64,000 nt of DNA from an uncultured Nitrososphaeraceae archaeon (GTDB lineage: Archaea > Thermoproteota > Nitrososphaeria > Nitrososphaerales > Nitrososphaeraceae): NCBI GenBank assembly GCA_963825865.1, contig CAWGVG010000062.1:128001-192000 (forward strand), given 5' to 3'. Below the pieces are notes generated by a model. It was given only the letters and a program-made list of their open reading frames with translations, was not told the origin of the DNA and ran no database searches. Below are positions 57,764-64,000 of this stretch, in pieces (the stretch's first letter is position 1; the number at the start of each line of letters is the position of its first letter). Position numbers and translations under genes: made by a program.

Positions 57764-60380
57764 ATGACCTACAGAGAAGAATCAGACACTTACGATGTTG
57801 ATATTGATGACTCAACGCTAACTCCATCTGGATTTATCAGATTTTCTTTTTCACAAAATGGCAAATCTGAAGACGGTAAAAGCATGATGACTTTATACAA
57901 TCTTGACTTTCGTAGAATCATCTATTGTGATATTTACAAGCATGACTATGCCAGGACTATACAGGCATTCAAAGATACATTAACGACTGCGATGAAAGAA
58001 GATGAATTATTAGATGAAGAGACAGTTGCAAGCCTGATTGTATGTTTTGATAATGCGTGTAAGATATTAAAGGAAGATAAGAATTCTGGCTTTTTTCATC
58101 GTGCTGTAAATGGAAATGGAAATGGAAAAGGAAATGATGATGCAGTAGCACAGCAGCAGTATTACCAAGAAAATGAAATACCTACTAAAGAGGTATCCAT
58201 ATCTGAAGCATTACGAATGCATTCAGGTTATGTCAAAGTTAAGGACGGTATGATTTCAGGTTCTAGAAAATTGGAGAAGATGCCAACTAATACGTTTTTT
58301 ATATGTGATTCATGTCAAGTTATAAACGCAATAAGCATTTACTCACGTCCAAAATTTATGTATGAGATAAATAGGTTAGAACGTTCTAATAAGACTAGAA
58401 CATGTTTCAATTGTTCTGTAAAAACTGTACCCTCTGAATATGACCACGATGTAAGAAATGCCGTAAAAATAGAATTACAGGATGTAAAGACTTTTAGCGA
58501 TTTAGAAAGACTACCAGCAATACTATTTGATGACTTGTACTACTAACGTTGGTGTTGGTGAACAGGTTACAGTTACAGGTCGAATTTATAAAATAAGGGT
58601 GAATAACAGTATGATTCCATTCTTATTTGTAGACACAATTGAATATGAAAACAGAGAAGAACTATCTGAAGAACCTACTGATAAAGACATTTTAGAAATT
58701 AAATCTATAATAAGCAAGGCTGAAGAGGAAAAGAAAAATCCAATTGATATACTGGTCGAAATGTTTGCTCCTAGTATTATCGGCTATCCTTTTGTAAAGA
58801 AAGGGTTACTTATCTGTGCTGCAAATGCAGGTAAGGACTCTGTAAATCAAAGGCTTAGAATTAATGCATTGTTAATTGGAGAGACAGGACTTGACAAGTC
58901 ACCTCTACTCAGGGCAGCAACCAAATTAGCAGCAAAAAAGTAGATATTGTTCAGCATTAAATTCTTCGATTAGAAGCCTTATCGGTATTGTAGATAAGGA
59001 AGATGATAACCTTATGTTGCGTTTAGGTCCAGTATCTTCCTCTAGTGGTGCTATCTGTGCAATTGACGAAATAGGTCGAATGGAACACGAAGACCAGGGA
59101 CACTTACTGAGTGCATTACAAGAGGGTAAAATACCATTTGCCAAACATGGATTTAACACGGTCCTGGATGGTTCTGCTACATTTATCATGTCTGCAAATC
59201 CAACTCACGACGGCACCTGGAGACATAAGGATAAGATAGAACGCAATGAAATACCAATGTTAGGCCCACTACTGGACAGAAATGATTTAATATTCATATT
59301 CAGGACCAACCGCTACAAACCAGATGTAATAAAATACGCATTTGACAAGGCTGATATCTCAGAAGCCATTTATGCAGAGGAAGAAAGATACTATGATTTT
59401 TTAAGAAAATACATTCTATACTGTAAAAGGTTTAAACCAGTATTATCTCACGAAGCGAAAAACATACTTATCCAATTCTATGCCATGTGTAGCAACAAAA
59501 ACAGGTTCACCTAGGTTATTTGATACAGTTAGAAATATAGCATATGCTATCGCCAGGTTGAAACAAAAAGATATTATCGAAGCAGAAGACGCTAGTGATG
59601 CCATACAATTCTATAATGTTATACTACAACAGTTAGAGGAGATTGTTATAGTAGCAAAAGACCCTAGAGATTTAGCAATTGAAGAAGTCATCAATATCTT
59701 GAATGGTTCAAAATACCAGTTTGAATTTATCGAATTAATGAAGTCAATATGCGATAAAAATGAGTTTGTTTCTAGATATTTTGGTAATGATTTCCATGTA
59801 GACAGTAATAAAAAACTAAGAATGCTTCGAGATAGATTTGTGAAAGGAGTAGATAATAGAATATTAATAGTTAGTTTATCGCCTTTAGTGACTAGCCTGG
59901 GAGCCATCTTATAGCTCCTCCTCTTCCTCTTCCAATAGTGATGATAAGGTTAAGGATGATAGTAAGACTGATAGGCTAACTGACCAAACTGACCAAACTG
60001 ACCAAACTGACCTGCCCATTTTTGAAAATATCGATATTTCTTCTCCTCCTTCTCCTTCTTCTTATAATGATAGAGTTTCTGAAAATGATGTTATAGATAG
60101 TAATAATAGTTCTAGTAAAATCGATAGTAATATCCTTGATAATGATGATAAAAATATCGATATTTCTGAAAAAGGCCAGGTCAGTCAGGTCAGTCAGGTC
60201 ATTCAGGTCAGTCAGACAGGCAATTCAGAAAATACGATTAGTAAAAAGTTCAAGTGCTTTTACTGTGAAGAATGTTTTAGTAGTAATGATGAACGTAGAT
60301 ACCATAGACAGCAGTACCATCCAGACAAAAAACTAGACTATCCTACTCCAGAGGACTTTGAGAATCGTTTGGAGAGGTAA
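57764..60380 (+). CDS. mcm: Mobile-element MCM helicase with C-terminal repeat linker and C2H2 Zn finger (several frameshifts)
   Basis: Zn finger CDSC..CFNC, IELQD, FAPSIIG, INALLIGETG..KS (Walker A), CAIDEI (Walker B), MSANP, LLDRND, SPR, and a final open frame to CFYC...H....HP ending at 60380. Confidence 0.88.
59979..60212. repeat. Inverted array inside the mcm coding frame: 4x ACTGACC(AA) facing 4x GGTCAGT(CA), plus two 14-bp palindromes
   Basis: Units at 59979/59988/59997/60006 and 60179/60188/60197/60206. AAATATCGATATTT at 60026 and 60152. All share the centre 60095.5. Confidence 0.93.
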
Positions 60381-60865
60381 GGTATTGTTGTTGTTGTTGT
60401 TGCTACTCTAGAATTATTATTATCATTATCACTATTATTAGAAGAATTATTCATCATGAAAGCATCCATACCTAAACCATTCATGCTAGGAAGCATTTGG
60501 AATAAGTTAGCAATCAAAGTAATTGTATCATTGAGTGCTACAACTGCTTTTATCTGTGCTTCTGGATTATCTTTGTTACTGTATATTATAGTACGAAGTA
60601 TATTCTGGTTATCTTCAAACTCTGCAAGACGTTTAGAAAAGGCACCTTCTATGAAAGCAAACTTATCTTTCTTGTATATCTCTATCTGTTTTTCAGATTC
60701 CTTCTTTAAATCTGCTTTCATATGTGCTATATAATCATATGACATTTCTATCCCCAGTTTATGTCGTATCATATCACATGTTTCAGAAGTGGATAGACGG
60801 TGAATCATTGCTGTGGTAACTGCCTTCTTTAACGATTCACGCTGTGCAAAAGTTAAATGGACCAC
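60338..60865 (-). CDS. HTH-containing helical protein (possibly terminase-small-subunit-like)
   Basis: LSTSETCDMIRHKLGIEMSYDYI HTH-like segment followed by a coiled coil. Confidence 0.5.
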   Translation of the reverse strand: MVHLTFAQRESLKKAVTTAMIHRLSTSETCDMIRHKLGIEMSYDYIAHMKADLKKESEKQIEIYKKDKFAFIEGAFSKRLAEFEDNQNILRTIIYSNKDNPEAQIKAVVALNDTITLIANLFQMLPSMNGLGMDAFMMNNSSNNSDNDNNNSRVATTTTTIPYLSKRFSKSSGVG

Positions 60866-61058
60866 GTTATATTACTAACAATGATATTAGTTATATTTTT
60901 TTTCATGTTAACTGGTCATGCTATAGTTAACACCTTTTGTGTTAATTGACTAGTTCTTTTTTCTTAGTTTTAGACTTTGTAGATTTTGACTTTGGTTTAC
61001 GAGGATAGATATGCAACAAAACCCCTTTACGCAGAAAGGTAACCATGATAGATAAAAA

Positions 61059-61265
61059 TCACTTACTTTTTTTGGACTTTGCTGTTTTGTTTGCTCGTGT
61101 TAATGTTGGTGTCGACGTTGTTGGCATAGTTACAATGCCTTTTTGTCGATTACTCTTTGCTAAATCTCGTATAGCGTTTTCCCTACGTATTTGTCTTAAA
61201 ACTGCGTCTGCTTGTTTGTTGATAGGAGATTTCTTTGGGGTTACGTGTGTTTTGCCTTGTTTCAT
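61059..61265 (-). CDS. Small basic protein
   Basis: 68 aa, Lys/Arg-rich; may extend upstream via a frameshift. Confidence 0.4.
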   Translation of the reverse strand: MKQGKTHVTPKKSPINKQADAVLRQIRRENAIRDLAKSNRQKGIVTMPTTSTPTLTRANKTAKSKKSK

Positions 61266-61467
61266 ATTTAATATATCATCACTGCTACTTCTTTTGTTTG
61301 GTTCTTCTCTTAGTTGGGACCGTGTTTATATGCTTGTTTCTGTTGGCTGGGATATTGGTAGCATTTCCAAATGTCCCTGCGGAGTCTGCGGAAGTGGGGT
61401 AAGGTTTGATTTTTGCGTTCTTTTTTACTGCTGACATTTTGTTTTTGTTATTTTATTATTTATTTAT

Positions 61468-61809
61468 TTATCCGTACACATTTCCAATCATTTTCACAAG
61501 TTCATAATGTTTCAATATTTGGTCAGTATTTGATTTACCGCTGTAATTAGCACGTTTTGTTTCGCTGGCCTGGTGAATTGCTGCCAATTCTTCTAACGCT
61601 TTAACTTGATTTCTACCTTCTTCTAACATATTTTCTAAAGTAGAATCTATTGCTTGACCTTGATGTTTTTGAATAACTGCATATGCTTTCAAATTATTGA
61701 ATCCTTCAGACTGTTGTTCGCTTGATGCTGAATGTGTTCTAGTAACATAATCCAATTCAGCTTGTCGATACTTTTCTACGTCTGTATTATATATGGCTCT
61801 AGTTGCCAT
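61468..61809 (-). CDS. Hypothetical protein
   Basis: 113-aa ORF, helical. Confidence 0.55.
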   Translation of the reverse strand: MATRAIYNTDVEKYRQAELDYVTRTHSASSEQQSEGFNNLKAYAVIQKHQGQAIDSTLENMLEEGRNQVKALEELAAIHQASETKRANYSGKSNTDQILKHYELVKMIGNVYG

Positions 61810-62323
61810 TTTTGTAATTAACTGTACTAAGGTTATTTGATATACTAAAACTTTTATCTCTAGCAGTTTATTCTATATAATAATAGGTAATATAATATAA
61901 AATGGTAAGCAAAAACTAGGAGCAGAAATTGATGACAAAATAGAAGAAAAATATTTTGAAGAAGAAGAAAGAGAAGAAGATTCTAGGACCTACTACTAAA
62001 AAAGAAGAATCAGCGGCATTACTAACTTATAGGTTATTAGAAGCACATCTATTAACTTATATTTTATTTTTCAGAGCCAGAAGCAATAATGGTAGTATTT
62101 TAGTAGTTAATGTAATACTACTTTCTAAAGTTATATTCTTTTCACTCTATTCTACAGTAGTAAGAGATTACTATAATAGACTATTGATAGTTAAATGAGT
62201 AACTACACCTGATTTAATATTCTTATTAATTATATAAAATAAGTCAGCATAAAATCACATTAGATAAATCAGCATTAACTTACTCAAGTCAAATATACAG
62301 ATAATAACAAATGACTATATATA

Positions 62324-62972
62324 ATGAACAACACAATTACAACGAAACGAAATCTATCCTTAGTTGCTATCTTTATGGCAGCAACATTAGTAGTAGGAAC
62401 ATTTGCAGTAACAACAACCACAATAGCAACAACACAAACGGCATTTGCTTTTTCAAAGAATAAGAAAGGAGATGAAAATAGTAAGAATGGCAACACAATT
62501 ACCGCACTGAAATGCGAAAATAAAGGTTCTGCAAGTGGATTTGATACAGCATTAGACCAAGAATGTGAAAACCTGATATGTACTCATCCAGGTAATAATG
62601 CATCATGCGTAAGTGAAAATGAAGGAGCAACTACAACAACAAGCCCAGTAACAACACCTACAGGAACCTTAATAGTTGAAAAAGTCGTAGTTTGTAGAAT
62701 TGGTACTACATGTCCTTCACCTTCAGACTTTACCATAAAAGTAACGGGCAATAACCCTACGCCATCTACATTCCATGTAACAATTCCAGAAACGCCCGGA
62801 CCCCACGCCAGTACAGTTGTTACATTAGGTGTAGGTGCTTACAAAGTAAGTGAAGAGCCACTTCAGGGCTTCGAGCCTAGTTTCTCAGGTGATTGCAACG
62901 CAAATGGTGAAGGGTACTATAGCTCCAGGCGACCACCAGACATGTACTATTACAAATAGCAAGCCGCTGTGA
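62324..62972 (+). CDS. Secreted Cys-motif protein with prealbumin/SpaA-like C-terminal domain (paralog 1; frameshift near 62912)
   Basis: Signal peptide, NGNT.T..C.N.GSASGFDTALDQECENLICTHPG, TLIVEKVV, FSGDC and TCTITN. Confidence 0.75.
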
Positions 62973-63313
62973 GGATAATCCACAAGTTGATTAGACAGTT
63001 ACTTGCTGCTTACTGATACACATAACACCAAAAAAAGAAGGTAACTTATACCTTCAAACACTTTTTTATTTTTAACTATATGTTATTACTATGCTATTAT
63101 CAGTTAATTAGCGAAGTGAAATAATATTATCACTAATCTATTGCATAGTAGTAACAAATTATCATAATGTACTAGTGATAGTTATATGAGTAACCATACC
63201 TGATTTGTCATTTTGAATAGTTATACAGAATTAGTCAATATTATATCATATTAGATAAATCAGCAGTAACTTCGCCAAATCAAATATACAGATGACATTG
63301 ATAAAGTAGATAT

Positions 63314-63940
63314 ATGAACAACGCAACGAACCTAGCGATAGTCGCTATCTTAATGGCAGCGACATTGATAGTAGGAGCGACATTTTCAGCGACAACAGCG
63401 CAATTAACAGCATTTGCTTATCAGAAGAAGAAAGTAGGAGGAACACAAGACGGAGGAAGCAAAAATGGCAACACTGTTACCATTGAGGAATGCAAAAATA
63501 GGGGTTCTGCAAGTGGATTTGATACAGCATTAGACCAAGAATGTGAAAACCTGATATGTACTCATCCTGGTGAAAATGCAACCTGTGTACAAGAAGGAGT
63601 TGTAACATCAACACCAACACCAACACCCGAGCCAATTACAACAACCTTAAGAGTCATAAAAAAAGTCGTTTGTAGCCTACAGACCCTAATTGCTCTCTCC
63701 CAAACTTCTGTGAAATAGTATTTAGCTAACCAAGGCCATCTGCAAAGTTTCACATGTCAGTCTGCTGTTGGAAATGGTGTCCTTTTTACACTGCAGCCAG
63801 GGGATACCTTCGCTGTAGAAGAGGAACAGAATATACCAGGGACAATTTTTGATGTTACACGAAGTAGTGATTGTGATGGTACGATAGCTGCAGGCCAACA
63901 CCTAACCTGGACTATTACAAACACAGAACCCGGCACATAG
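63314..63940 (+). CDS. Secreted Cys-motif protein (paralog 2; frameshift near 63675)
   Basis: Identical GSASGFDTALDQECENLICTHPG block, TLRVIKKV, SDCDGTI and TITN. Confidence 0.75.
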
Positions 63941-64000
63941 TCTACCAAACCCACTCTTATTTTCATTTTTTGATATTATATTATTATAACCATGGCAACC

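Larger units (their letters stand above)
46988..61850. mobile_element. Decaying integrated mobile element(s) with primase and MCM replication modules (boundaries approximate)
   Basis: Integrase remnant, AEP primase, MCM helicase, small Zn-finger ORFs and iteron-like repeats. No housekeeping genes. No att sites identified. Confidence 0.65.

Noticed and set aside
58886-58900. Inactive MCM because Walker A reads GETGLDKS
   Set aside because: The Lys-Ser is retained and MCM Walker A motifs are naturally deviant. A single-base difference cannot be trusted in this error-prone sequence.

Overview
This is AT-rich archaeal DNA. Its gene families (PsbP-like, BNR/sialidase-like, DUF6659-like roadblock proteins, AbrB-PhoU regulator) point to a soil-type ammonia-oxidising archaeon of the Nitrososphaeraceae; that assignment is an inference. 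Many conserved genes carry single-base frameshifts, most likely uncorrected long-read errors. (1) About 1.6-31.8 kb is a phosphate/polyphosphate island. It holds a CYTH protein, pstS, pstCAB-phoU, two SixA phosphatases, Ppx/GppA, a CHAD protein, a pyrophosphatase, an AbrB-PhoU regulator and two divergent thymidylate-kinase-like P-loop kinases. No PPK1 or PPK2 gene is in the window. An arsM-arsC-aquaporin cluster and eroded phosphoesterase, phaC and integrase fragments are embedded in the island. A CTATATAG palindrome recurs upstream of several of the phosphate genes. (2) About 32-46.8 kb is a mix of small genes and pseudogenes, plus a clean 1101-bp IS5-family insertion with terminal inverted repeats (TIRs) and a 9-bp target-site duplication (TSD). 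(3) About 47-61.9 kb is a decaying integrated mobile element. It has an integrase remnant, an AEP-PriX-type primase, an EEP nuclease, an 11/22-bp iteron-like array and an MCM helicase. The MCM C-terminal coding region contains a perfectly centred inverted array of 9-bp repeats, a candidate intragenic origin. (4) A tandem pair of secreted-protein paralogs closes the window. I found no rRNA, complete tRNA or CRISPR array.
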